DNA from: Opitutaceae bacterium | GTDB lineage: Bacteria > Verrucomicrobiota > Verrucomicrobiia > Opitutales > Coraliomargaritaceae | Length of the DNA: 64,000 bases | NCBI GenBank assembly: GCA_051252375.1 | Contig: JBPOFY010000004.1 | Coordinates: forward strand, 128,001-192,000 | Direction: 5' to 3' | In this document: positions 39,690 through 48,050 of the stretch, in pieces | How the letters are laid out: each line of letters begins with the position of its first letter | Numbering within the stretch: the stretch's first letter is position 1 | Position numbers and translations under genes: made by a program | Notes under the pieces: model-generated | Databases searched by the model: none | What the model saw: the letters and a program-made list of their open reading frames with translations, nothing else | What the model was told of the DNA's origin: nothing

Positions 39690-39909
39690 AAGACCATTCT
39701 AATTCAGGCATAGAATAGTGGCGTTACTCAAGAGAGTTAATAGAATATGGGCTGCCGACTCACCGAATTACCCCTGATAGCATAGAATGAGGTTGTCCCA
39801 ATGGGAACTAATTAGATTATAGTGAGTGTTCAGAGTGAAAGCGCCAGTCATTGGCATCCTGCTGTAAATGATAGACTCGCCCGCTGAACCTCAACCTTAG
39901 CTCTCTCCC

Positions 39910-40671
39910 ATGCTATTAAAATACTTCATTCGCCTAGGCCTAGTGGCTGCGGTGTCGGCCTTGCCGCTCGCTGCACAGGACTCGATCCAAGAAACCCGCA
40001 ACACACTCGATCAATGGGTGCAGACGCGCCAAATCATCTCTAAGGAGCAGAACGACTGGAAACTGGAGCATTCGATGCTCAAAGATACAGAGGCCATGCT
40101 TAACAAGGAGCTAAAACGTCTGGATGAATCGCTGGAAGACCTGAAAGCTTCAGCTTCGGCAGCCGACGAGGATCGCACCCAACTAGCTGCAGAAAAAGAA
40201 GAGTTGGTGGCGGCCGCCGCCATCGTCGAAGGCCAAATCGGCGCCTTGGAGACACAACTCCATGCGATAGTGAAAAGCTTTCCGCAACCTCTGGTAGATA
40301 AGATCAAGCCCTTGATCCGTCGCCTCCCCGACGACCCCGAAAAGACGGAGCTCACCCTAGGTGAGCGCGTTCAGAACATCGTCGGCATTCTTAGTCAGGC
40401 CGACAAGTTCAACACCACGATCACACAGACCAGTGAATCACGCGAAATTGACGAAGGTCGAGTGGTCGAAGTGCGCACACTCTATTGGGGTCTGGCTATG
40501 GCATATTACGTGGATGCTTCCGGCGAGTATGCCGGAATCGGAATACCCGCCGCGGACGGTTGGACGTGGCCCAAAATCGAAGGTGCTGGGGAACAGATCA
40601 AACGCCTACTCGATGTTTACGAAGGGTCTGGAGAGATTCAATTCGTGGAAGTGCCTGCGCGTATCAACTAA
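39910..40671 (+). CDS. DUF3450-family coiled-coil periplasmic protein (TtpB-like)
   Basis: Signal peptide, long coiled coil and C-terminal [13 protein letters not shown]; first gene of an exbB/exbD cluster. Confidence 0.7.
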   Translation: MLLKYFIRLGLVAAVSALPLAAQDSIQETRNTLDQWVQTRQIISKEQNDWKLEHSMLKDTEAMLNKELKRLDESLEDLKASASAADEDRTQLAAEKEELVAAAAIVEGQIGALETQLHAIVKSFPQPLVDKIKPLIRRLPDDPEKTELTLGERVQNIVGILSQADKFNTTITQTSESREIDEGRVVEVRTLYWGLAMAYYVDASGEYAGIGIPAADGWTWPKIEGAGEQIKRLLDVYEGSGEIQFVEVPARIN

Positions 40672-40688
40672 GCCAAACGGAGCCTATT

Positions 40689-42068
40689 ATGTCTTATTTC
40701 AAAACCGGTTTACTCCTCTTCGCGTTCACGTCACTTTCTATGCACGGACAAAGCTTTGATTCGGCAGAGTCCAAAGTGCGTGCCGACCTAGAGTCCTCCC
40801 TACAGGAACTCTCACAAGTGCGCACCACCATCGCCGATGAAAAAATTCCACTCATGCGTGCCGTCGCTGAAGTTGAGAATGATGTCATTCAAAAACGCGC
40901 TGAACTCGAGCGCCTACGCCGACTCCGCGACAACAGCGATCTTGGTCTCAATCGCCTACGCGATCAGGTCAAAGGCATGGGAGAACAAAACGAATATGCA
41001 GCCGGCCTGCTCGATGAGTTCGTGCGTTCCTTTGAAACACGGATCGATGAATCAGAAGTGCAGCTTTATTCTCAGGCGACCGAAGATGCCCGACTGGCTC
41101 TGGATGATTCCGACATGGGGCAAAACCAACGCTTTCAGAAGCAAATCGATGTGATCGAAGTCGCCCTCAATCGTCTAGACCAACTAGTGGGTGGCTATCG
41201 TTTTGAAGGGCGCGCGCTAGCTCCAAGCGGTCAAATCGAAGAGGGGCAATTTGCCGTCCTCGGACCGACAGTCTATTTCGTCTCAAAGCAGTCAGATCTA
41301 GCTGGCATAACATTCAATAAGCTAAACGCAGCAGAGGCGGCGATTGCAGTGCCCGGCCTAGAATATGCCAGCGGCATTCAAGCACTGGTAGAAAGCGGTG
41401 AAGGCACGGTACCTGCAGATGCTACCCTAGGTAAGGCACTCAAGATCGTCGAAGGCAATGACTCGATCATGGAGCACCTAGCCAAAGGCGGCAGTGTCGG
41501 ATTAGTCATCATCGCCCTCGGTATACTCTGCCTGCTTCTTGGCCTGATCAAGCTACTGGAAGTTACCAAGTTCAAAGCACCTAAGGCTGAACTGGTGCAA
41601 AAGGTTCTCCAACTGCTTAACGGAGGCGACACCGCCAATGCGCAAACAATCGCAAGTACTGACACCACTGGCATGCTTCCCGCCGGAGTCCAAAACGCAG
41701 AGGCCAAACGCGGCACTTTGGAAGAGATCCTCTACGAAAGAATCCTCGCAGTGCGCCCAGGCTTGGAACGCTTTTTACCATTCATCGCACTGACTGCGGC
41801 TGCCGCACCACTCCTCGGACTTTTGGGAACCGTCACTGGCATGATTAAAACCTTTAACCTGATCACCATCTTCGGCACGGGGGACGCGAAGAGCTTGTCG
41901 TCCGGTATTTCCGAAGCGCTGGTGACCACTGAGCTTGGTCTCATAGTCGCGATTCCCGCACTGATCATGCACGGTCTGCTCTCACGTATGGCCCGCCAGA
42001 AGATTGGTGAAATGGAGCAATCGGCAGTCGGTTTCATTAACGGCGTCAGTAGCAAATCAGAAAAGTAA
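40689..42068 (+). CDS. Large MotA/TolQ/ExbB proton-channel protein (TtpC-like)
   Basis: Start moved to ATG 40689 (MSYFKTG.., signal peptide); periplasmic coiled coil, then [30 protein letters not shown]. Confidence 0.9.
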   Translation: MSYFKTGLLLFAFTSLSMHGQSFDSAESKVRADLESSLQELSQVRTTIADEKIPLMRAVAEVENDVIQKRAELERLRRLRDNSDLGLNRLRDQVKGMGEQNEYAAGLLDEFVRSFETRIDESEVQLYSQATEDARLALDDSDMGQNQRFQKQIDVIEVALNRLDQLVGGYRFEGRALAPSGQIEEGQFAVLGPTVYFVSKQSDLAGITFNKLNAAEAAIAVPGLEYASGIQALVESGEGTVPADATLGKALKIVEGNDSIMEHLAKGGSVGLVIIALGILCLLLGLIKLLEVTKFKAPKAELVQKVLQLLNGGDTANAQTIASTDTTGMLPAGVQNAEAKRGTLEEILYERILAVRPGLERFLPFIALTAAAAPLLGLLGTVTGMIKTFNLITIFGTGDAKSLSSGISEALVTTELGLIVAIPALIMHGLLSRMARQKIGEMEQSAVGFINGVSSKSEK

Positions 42069-42074
42069 TTTCCT

Positions 42075-42659
42075 ATGTTGGACAAAATTATCAGTATCTG
42101 GTTTAGCGGAGGGTGGGTAATGATCCCACTCGCGCTTCTCGCTGTGCTGATCTACACCACTGGTGTGGGCTTACTGATATTTCTACGCAGGGGCAATGTG
42201 CAGCTCGGTCATGAAAGCGAATGGCTGACCTGGATACAGTCCCCGTCAAATGCCAAAGGCCGAGCTGGGGAAATCATCCGCTACACTCAGGACGACGTCC
42301 ACAATGCCAGACAAATGCGCAATCGTTTCAACGAAGTCCGCATGAGCCTGCTGGATAACGTCGACCGCCGACTGGTCTTCCTATCTACTTTAATCGCGGC
42401 AGCTCCGCTCATGGGGCTCCTCGGCACGGTGATTGGAATGCTAGGCACCTTCGCCGCAATCTCTATGGGAGGCGGAGCCGAGACCGCCGCCATGGTGGCT
42501 GCGGGTATTTCCGAAGCGCTCATCACCACACAGACAGGACTCTTTATCGCCCTCCCCGGCATTTTCCTTGCCCTCATCATCCGTCGCAAGAAACACAGTG
42601 TAGAAGCCGCGCTTGCACGGATTGAATCCCTTAGCCTGACCCAACTAGAATTGGATTAA
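42075..42659 (+). CDS. exbB: MotA/TolQ/ExbB proton-channel protein
   Basis: [22 protein letters not shown] and [13 protein letters not shown] motifs. Confidence 0.9.
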   Translation: MLDKIISIWFSGGWVMIPLALLAVLIYTTGVGLLIFLRRGNVQLGHESEWLTWIQSPSNAKGRAGEIIRYTQDDVHNARQMRNRFNEVRMSLLDNVDRRLVFLSTLIAAAPLMGLLGTVIGMLGTFAAISMGGGAETAAMVAAGISEALITTQTGLFIALPGIFLALIIRRKKHSVEAALARIESLSLTQLELD

Positions 42660-42700
42660 TCCATTCGCGATCAGCCATCAAACATTAGCCATCTACTCCC

Positions 42701-43099
42701 ATGCGCCGTAACCTAGCATCTGAAGACAACGATAACGTCGAGATCAACCTCTCGCCGATGATCGACATGGTCTTTATTCTTTTGATCTTCTTTATCGTCA
42801 CCACGGTCTTCGTCGAAGAGACGGGAGTCGAAGTCAATAAGCCGGAAGCGGCAGCCGCCATCCAATTGGAAAAGAATAGCATCCTTATTGCCGTGACGGC
42901 AGACAACAAAGTCATCTACGGCGGACGCGACATTGGCGTGGGCGGGGTCGCTCCTGTGGTCAAACGCCTAACTCTGCAGGAAGATATCCCAGTCATCATT
43001 CAGACCGACGCAGCCGCCAACCATGACACCTTCGCCCGCGTCTATGGTGAAGCCAAATTGGCTGGAGCAAAATCAATCAACTTTTCAACCAAGCGTTAA
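42701..43099 (+). CDS. exbD: ExbD/TolR biopolymer transport protein
   Basis: [22 protein letters not shown] transmembrane motif with the conserved Asp. Confidence 0.95.
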   Translation: MRRNLASEDNDNVEINLSPMIDMVFILLIFFIVTTVFVEETGVEVNKPEAAAAIQLEKNSILIAVTADNKVIYGGRDIGVGGVAPVVKRLTLQEDIPVIIQTDAAANHDTFARVYGEAKLAGAKSINFSTKR

Positions 43100-43120
43100 A
43101 TCTTTTAGTTCTGAATAATC

Positions 43121-43173
43121 ATGGCTCTCGCCTAGCCCGCGCCGAGATCCGGACCCCTTACGAAATTAGATAA
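43121..43173 (+). pseudogene. Possible tonB deletion scar
   Basis: ATG GCT CTC is followed, in another frame, by LARAEIRTPYEIR-stop, which resembles a TonB C-terminal strand, at the position where tonB is expected. Confidence 0.35.
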
Positions 43174-43192
43174 TCATTTCCCCCATTCAGTT

Positions 43193-44554
43193 ATGAAAAA
43201 GACACTAAATATTTTGCTCTGTATCGCAGCCTTAAGCTCGGCGACATTCGCGCAGGCACCTCTCGGAAACCCCGCTGCCAGCATGTGGAACGATGCCGAG
43301 TTCGTGAAATCATTCACGGCCAGCTACGGCGTGCTCGCTGGTTACGAACCGGAGATCTCCGATACTGAAAAGGATGCACTGCGTGGTCTACTCAACATCA
43401 TTAAGAGCAATCCAGCCAACGCCATTCAGCAGCTAGAACCTCAAATTAAAAGCAGCAGTAGTGCCGCTTTCGATTTCATTCTCGCCAATCTTTACTTTCA
43501 ACAAAACAACCTTAGCAATGCGGAGAAATATTACCGTAATGCCATCCGCAAGTATCCCAACTTCCGCCGCGCGCACAAAAATCTTGGTCTGGTGCTGGTG
43601 CAGGCAAACAAGTTTGCAGGGGCGGCGGAAAGTCTCTCTAAAGCGCTCGAGTTGGGTGATGTCGATGGTCGTGCCTATGGATTAATCGGTTACTGTTATC
43701 TAACCGAGAAATTATACTATCCGTCCGAAGCCGCTTACCGAGTTGCCATTCTCATGCAACCAAAGGTGCGTGACTGGCAACTCGGGCTAGCCCGATGCCT
43801 CATCGAAACTGAGAAGCACCAAGAAGCCATCTCACTCTTCGACAGCCTGCTCAAGCAAGAGCCTGACAATGCCGACCTCTGGCTGCTACAAGCCAACGCC
43901 TACATCGGAATAAATAAGACCCTTGCTGCTGCACAGAACTTTGAGCTGGTCCGCCGCATGGGCAAAGCAAGCATTCCGATGCTGTCCATGCTCGGCGATA
44001 TTTACGTGAACAACGCAATGCCGGGGTTGGCTTTAAGTGCCTATCTCGAAGCCATCCAAAAGGCAGAAGGCCAGAATCCTCCCGCCATCATACGCGCCGC
44101 GAAAATCTTCGTGCAAAGCGGTAGCTACGAAGAAGCCCAGAAATTGATCACTAGCATCCGCAGCACAGTCGCCAAGTTAAAGCTCGAAGACGACCTCATA
44201 CTACTGACACTTGAAGCCCGTATTGCGCGTGCCAAAGGAGAGAATGAGCGCGCATTGCAACTCCTCACTCAAATTGTGGAGCGTGATGCACTCAATGGCG
44301 ATGCACTGATCGAGCTCGGCAATTACTATGCCTCTCAAAATGATATGGCCCGTGCCGTTAATCGTTTCGAACAAGCTCAATTGATCGAGCAATTCGAACG
44401 TCCCGCTCTGGTCGCACATGCACAGACACTCGTCCGGAACGGCAACTACAAGGCCGCACTTCCCTTACTTCGCAGAGCGCTTGAACTAAAGTCCGACAGC
44501 TATCTGGAAGATTACACCCAACGCGTCGAACAAGTGGCTCGTAGTCAAAGCTGA
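43193..44554 (+). CDS. Periplasmic tetratricopeptide-repeat protein (TtpD-like)
   Basis: Signal peptide; multiple TPR-like helical repeats (e.g. AHKNLGLVLVQANKFAGAAESLSKALEL). Confidence 0.9.
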   Translation: MKKTLNILLCIAALSSATFAQAPLGNPAASMWNDAEFVKSFTASYGVLAGYEPEISDTEKDALRGLLNIIKSNPANAIQQLEPQIKSSSSAAFDFILANLYFQQNNLSNAEKYYRNAIRKYPNFRRAHKNLGLVLVQANKFAGAAESLSKALELGDVDGRAYGLIGYCYLTEKLYYPSEAAYRVAILMQPKVRDWQLGLARCLIETEKHQEAISLFDSLLKQEPDNADLWLLQANAYIGINKTLAAAQNFELVRRMGKASIPMLSMLGDIYVNNAMPGLALSAYLEAIQKAEGQNPPAIIRAAKIFVQSGSYEEAQKLITSIRSTVAKLKLEDDLILLTLEARIARAKGENERALQLLTQIVERDALNGDALIELGNYYASQNDMARAVNRFEQAQLIEQFERPALVAHAQTLVRNGNYKAALPLLRRALELKSDSYLEDYTQRVEQVARSQS

Positions 44555-44561
44555 GTAAAGA

Positions 44562-47528
44562 CTACTCCTCTTCAATAATGTAGAAGCGCTTCCCGGCACT
44601 CGGCATTGGCAGCGTGGTCGAGTTATTAGGAGGTGTCGGACCGATTCCCGACTCAAGGATCGGCCACTCGCGCATCGGCACGGTTAAGTCATCCGTTTCG
44701 CGAATACGATACTTCGCACCGACGACACTATTCCAATCAAACTCAATCATGCCGCCCGGAGTAATACTCAACGAAGCACGTATATCTGGGATACGATAAA
44801 AACTGGCAGCGGGGACCGCTTGCTTTGCGATGCTTGGTCCTGCCCAGCTTAAGCTCAAAGCATGCGATGGACGCGTGCCATGACGGTAATACACACGAAA
44901 AGGATGCAACCCTGCAGCCAGTTGGACGTTTCCCGACTGCTCCAGACCAGTGTGATGATAATCATCATCGATCACATGCGCATCATGCAGGAAGAGATTC
45001 GCGCCGCTGTCGGACTGAAGATAAAATGTGTAATTCCCAGCGGTCGCGACGTCCAGATAGCCAGTATACAAAATACCAATGTAGTCATCCCGAGAACGCG
45101 CCGACAGATCGATGTCAGTCGTGTTGCCAGCAACCACAGGACTCAAATCCCGAAACTCAGGGACGTAGGACCACAGCCCTTCGTAGCAGAAATAATCGAG
45201 CCCAGCCTCCAAGCCACGAACCTCGTCGTCGATGGCAGCAGTATCGTAGGGGCGCGATGCGCTTCCCTCCGAGCGACGACTACTTAAAGCGACCCCCTTC
45301 ATTTCCGTCTGCAGGTCAGTCATGGACGCGGCGAGATCAGTGCCCTGCGCGGGATCAGTCACCACATTATAGATTTCAAAGTTTTCCGTTTCGCTGGCAA
45401 CATCGCGGCGGATGCCCATGAAATCGCCGATGCGAACACACTGCATCTGCCCTCGGTATTCTCCGCCATGATTTGGAAATTCCGTCCAGTTCGATGTGCT
45501 ACCATTATAGTAATACTCAAAATAGAGGTAACCTTTATCGCGCTGCACACCTTGCTCCGCAAGTGTCGGCACTAAGGACACCCCGTCGCACCAAGCCGGC
45601 GCTGGGACATTCGCAATCTCAGCAAAAGTCGGCATCCAATCCCATATTGCACTCGGATAGTCGATCTCGTGGATGTTGTTTTCATTGTTAGTCGCACTGG
45701 GGATCATCCCATTCCACTGCACGACGGTAGGCACGCGTATGCCTCCCTCGATCATGTCACGCTTCGTGCCTTCCAAGTTAGCAAACGACTCGAATGTGCG
45801 CGGGTTGTTCCCCTCGTTGTGCGGACCGTTGTCCGATGAGAAAATAACGAGGGTATTATCATCAATACCCAAATCGACGAGCAGCTGCCGAATGTCGCCG
45901 ACTGAGTTATCAATACGACGAATCATCCCTACGTGCTGTTGCGCCGAAGTGGCCCAACTCAAGTTGTTGTCTGGGTGGTTATAAGCGTCGATCGTCCCGG
46001 TGCCGTCAGCCGTCGAGGCGTAACGAACATTACTCAACCCATCGGTGGCTGTCGTCCACTGAATGCCCCCAGTCAGACCGCCACCTGCTGGATAAGCCAC
46101 TGCGGGGCGCTGCATTTTGAAGTGCGGAGTGTCGTAGGCGACATAAACAAAGAAGGGCTGATTGTCTCCATCCTGCACCTCCTCGATAATCGCATTTTTA
46201 GCATAAGCCGTCCAAGCGTCGGTAGTGTAAAGATCGACGGAAGCATCCGTTATTTGTTGATACCCATGATATATGTGAGCGGTTTTATCACTCGTGCCAT
46301 TGCGGGGATAATGCTCATGGCCGTCGCCATGAAAGAGGTAGCCGAAGAACTCATCGAATCCTCGATCGAGTGGATGGGCGCCAAGGTTTTGCGAGCCTGT
46401 TCCCGTCAGAGTTGTGCTACCTTCTCCGCCGGCGATACCGCTCTTGCCGACATGAACCGTCCGATATCCAGCACGCTGAAGCATGTCTGCAATCGTATGA
46501 TTATCAACCAACGCTCTATCAAAAGAGTTATTACGAACGTCGGCGTGCCCTTGGTGACGACCTTGTATTAACGAAGCACGGGACGGCGCACAAACAGGAG
46601 CCGACACATAGTGATGCGTTAACTTCGCACCTGCTGCAGCCATCGTGTCGATGTTCGGCGTATCAAACTTATTCGTGCCCGACAACTGATCCTGCCAGAA
46701 GCAACCGAGGTCACCATAACCGAGATCGTCGACAAAGAAGAAAACAATATTAGGGCGGACGAGGTATTCGCCCGGGTTATTTGGATCCAGCCCCTCGGCG
46801 ACCTCCATCCCGTCCGGAGTGCCATCTCCATCCGTATCGAGCTTCAAAGGATCGGTGCTGTAAACATTTAGTTCGTCATCATAGGAGAGCCCATCCTTAT
46901 CGGGATCCGAGTATGGGAAATTCGCCTGAAGCGACAAAGCATCCAAGCCGGTATTGTTGCCAAAGTTTGTCACACCGTCGACATAGAGCTTCAGGGTCCA
47001 CGTCTCGGCATCCGTCAGCACGACGGCACTTGAAAAGTTCAGTTCTAAAATACCAGAACTCGCATTCGGTGTCGATTGGGTGACCGAAGCGACCTGCCCA
47101 GAAACACTTCCAGTTACGGTAGCCGTCCATTCTGCGACTCGAAGCGCGCCTTGTGTCCCTCCGGTGCCATTAAAGTGCTGCCAGTCGAGCTCAACAGATT
47201 CCAGTGCCACACTATCCACAGTTAAAACCAGCGGGATGGAGACGCTCCACGGGCCTACAGTTTCTATATTCTTTTCCACCGCAAAGTGGTCGTCTGCAGC
47301 CGTGGTCGTAAATAACCCAGTCAGCGCGCCCGGAGTCTCATTGATCACTGTCAAATCACCTGGGTCCTGCACACCATTCATCGACCAAGTAATATTACTC
47401 GCGGTAGCCCCAGAGATCGTGCGCCCAGCGAAATCCGTGCTCAGCAGGACATCCGCAGTTAAACAGGTAGCAGACAGCAAGAATACGAGAGATAAGCCGC
47501 AAGCAGCTTTAATTGGGGTAGTAGGCAT
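44562..47528 (-). CDS. Modular secreted sulfatase (N-terminal beta domain, DxDxDG linker, S1 sulfatase, PA14-like domain, C-terminal sorting-like domain)
   Basis: Start moved to ATG 47528. PNIVFFFVDDLGYGD, CAPSRASL, SSDNGPH; PA14-like YTGYLDV..YTFYLQSDSG..GLHPFRV; ends KRFYIIEEE. Confidence 0.9.
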   Translation of the reverse strand: MPTTPIKAACGLSLVFLLSATCLTADVLLSTDFAGRTISGATASNITWSMNGVQDPGDLTVINETPGALTGLFTTTAADDHFAVEKNIETVGPWSVSIPLVLTVDSVALESVELDWQHFNGTGGTQGALRVAEWTATVTGSVSGQVASVTQSTPNASSGILELNFSSAVVLTDAETWTLKLYVDGVTNFGNNTGLDALSLQANFPYSDPDKDGLSYDDELNVYSTDPLKLDTDGDGTPDGMEVAEGLDPNNPGEYLVRPNIVFFFVDDLGYGDLGCFWQDQLSGTNKFDTPNIDTMAAAGAKLTHHYVSAPVCAPSRASLIQGRHQGHADVRNNSFDRALVDNHTIADMLQRAGYRTVHVGKSGIAGGEGSTTLTGTGSQNLGAHPLDRGFDEFFGYLFHGDGHEHYPRNGTSDKTAHIYHGYQQITDASVDLYTTDAWTAYAKNAIIEEVQDGDNQPFFVYVAYDTPHFKMQRPAVAYPAGGGLTGGIQWTTATDGLSNVRYASTADGTGTIDAYNHPDNNLSWATSAQQHVGMIRRIDNSVGDIRQLLVDLGIDDNTLVIFSSDNGPHNEGNNPRTFESFANLEGTKRDMIEGGIRVPTVVQWNGMIPSATNNENNIHEIDYPSAIWDWMPTFAEIANVPAPAWCDGVSLVPTLAEQGVQRDKGYLYFEYYYNGSTSNWTEFPNHGGEYRGQMQCVRIGDFMGIRRDVASETENFEIYNVVTDPAQGTDLAASMTDLQTEMKGVALSSRRSEGSASRPYDTAAIDDEVRGLEAGLDYFCYEGLWSYVPEFRDLSPVVAGNTTDIDLSARSRDDYIGILYTGYLDVATAGNYTFYLQSDSGANLFLHDAHVIDDDYHHTGLEQSGNVQLAAGLHPFRVYYRHGTRPSHALSLSWAGPSIAKQAVPAASFYRIPDIRASLSITPGGMIEFDWNSVVGAKYRIRETDDLTVPMREWPILESGIGPTPPNNSTTLPMPSAGKRFYIIEEE

Positions 47529-47623
47529 TAGTATTAGAAACAACCGGCGCAGCTCATTCTTTACGGAACCGACCAATTCAAGAGCACATATCAGTCACTG
47601 TAGCGAACTGCCGCCCCAGCGAC

Positions 47624-47839
47624 AAAAAAAACCTCTCCGTTTCCGAAGAGGTTAATTTTGGTCGGGGCGACCCGCCGTCGCTCTTCGAGCTATGGCGAGA
47701 CAGGCAGGATTGCTTCGCCATCTCGCTGCGCTCGTCGAACCCGAGGTGCGGCTGCGCCGCATCGCCGCTGCGCGGCTCCCTTCGAATCCCTCTGCCCCGA
47801 CACAAAAAAACCTTCGCTTGCGCGAAGGTTTTATTTTGG
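47624..47839 (-). repeat. Small tRNA-Pro 3'-linked element with duplicated tRNA end, inverted tRNA-end copy and two terminators
   Basis: TGGTCGGGGCGAC at 47659-47671 equals tRNA 47840-47852; TTCGAATCCCTCTGCCCCGAC at 47781-47801 is an inverted imperfect copy; hairpin/U-tract terminators at 47804-47832 and 47624-47653. Confidence 0.75.
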
Positions 47840-47917
47840 TGGTCGGGGCGACAGGATTCGAACCTGCGACCCTCTGCTCCCAAAGCAGATGCGCTAGCCA
47901 GGCTGCGCCACGCCCCG
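47840..47917 (-). tRNA. tRNA-Pro (TGG)
   Basis: Cloverleaf CGGGGCG..TCTGC-TT TGG GA-GCAGA..GCAGG TTCGAAT CCTGT CGCCCCG ACCA. Confidence 0.97.
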
Positions 47918-48050
47918 ATACCAAAAGAAGCGCGTATAGGATCATAAATTCATGCACTGTCAACGCTGTTCCTTGCGTTTTTTTCACCAAAATAGCTTGG
48001 CGCTTTTTACACGGTCTCACAAGCTGGCTGAATTCATGTGGCATCCACCA

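Noticed and set aside
44562..47840. Large genomic island or prophage integrated at tRNA-Pro
   Set aside because: The only att-like duplicate seen is 180 bp from the tRNA; no integrase, transposase or phage gene is in the window.
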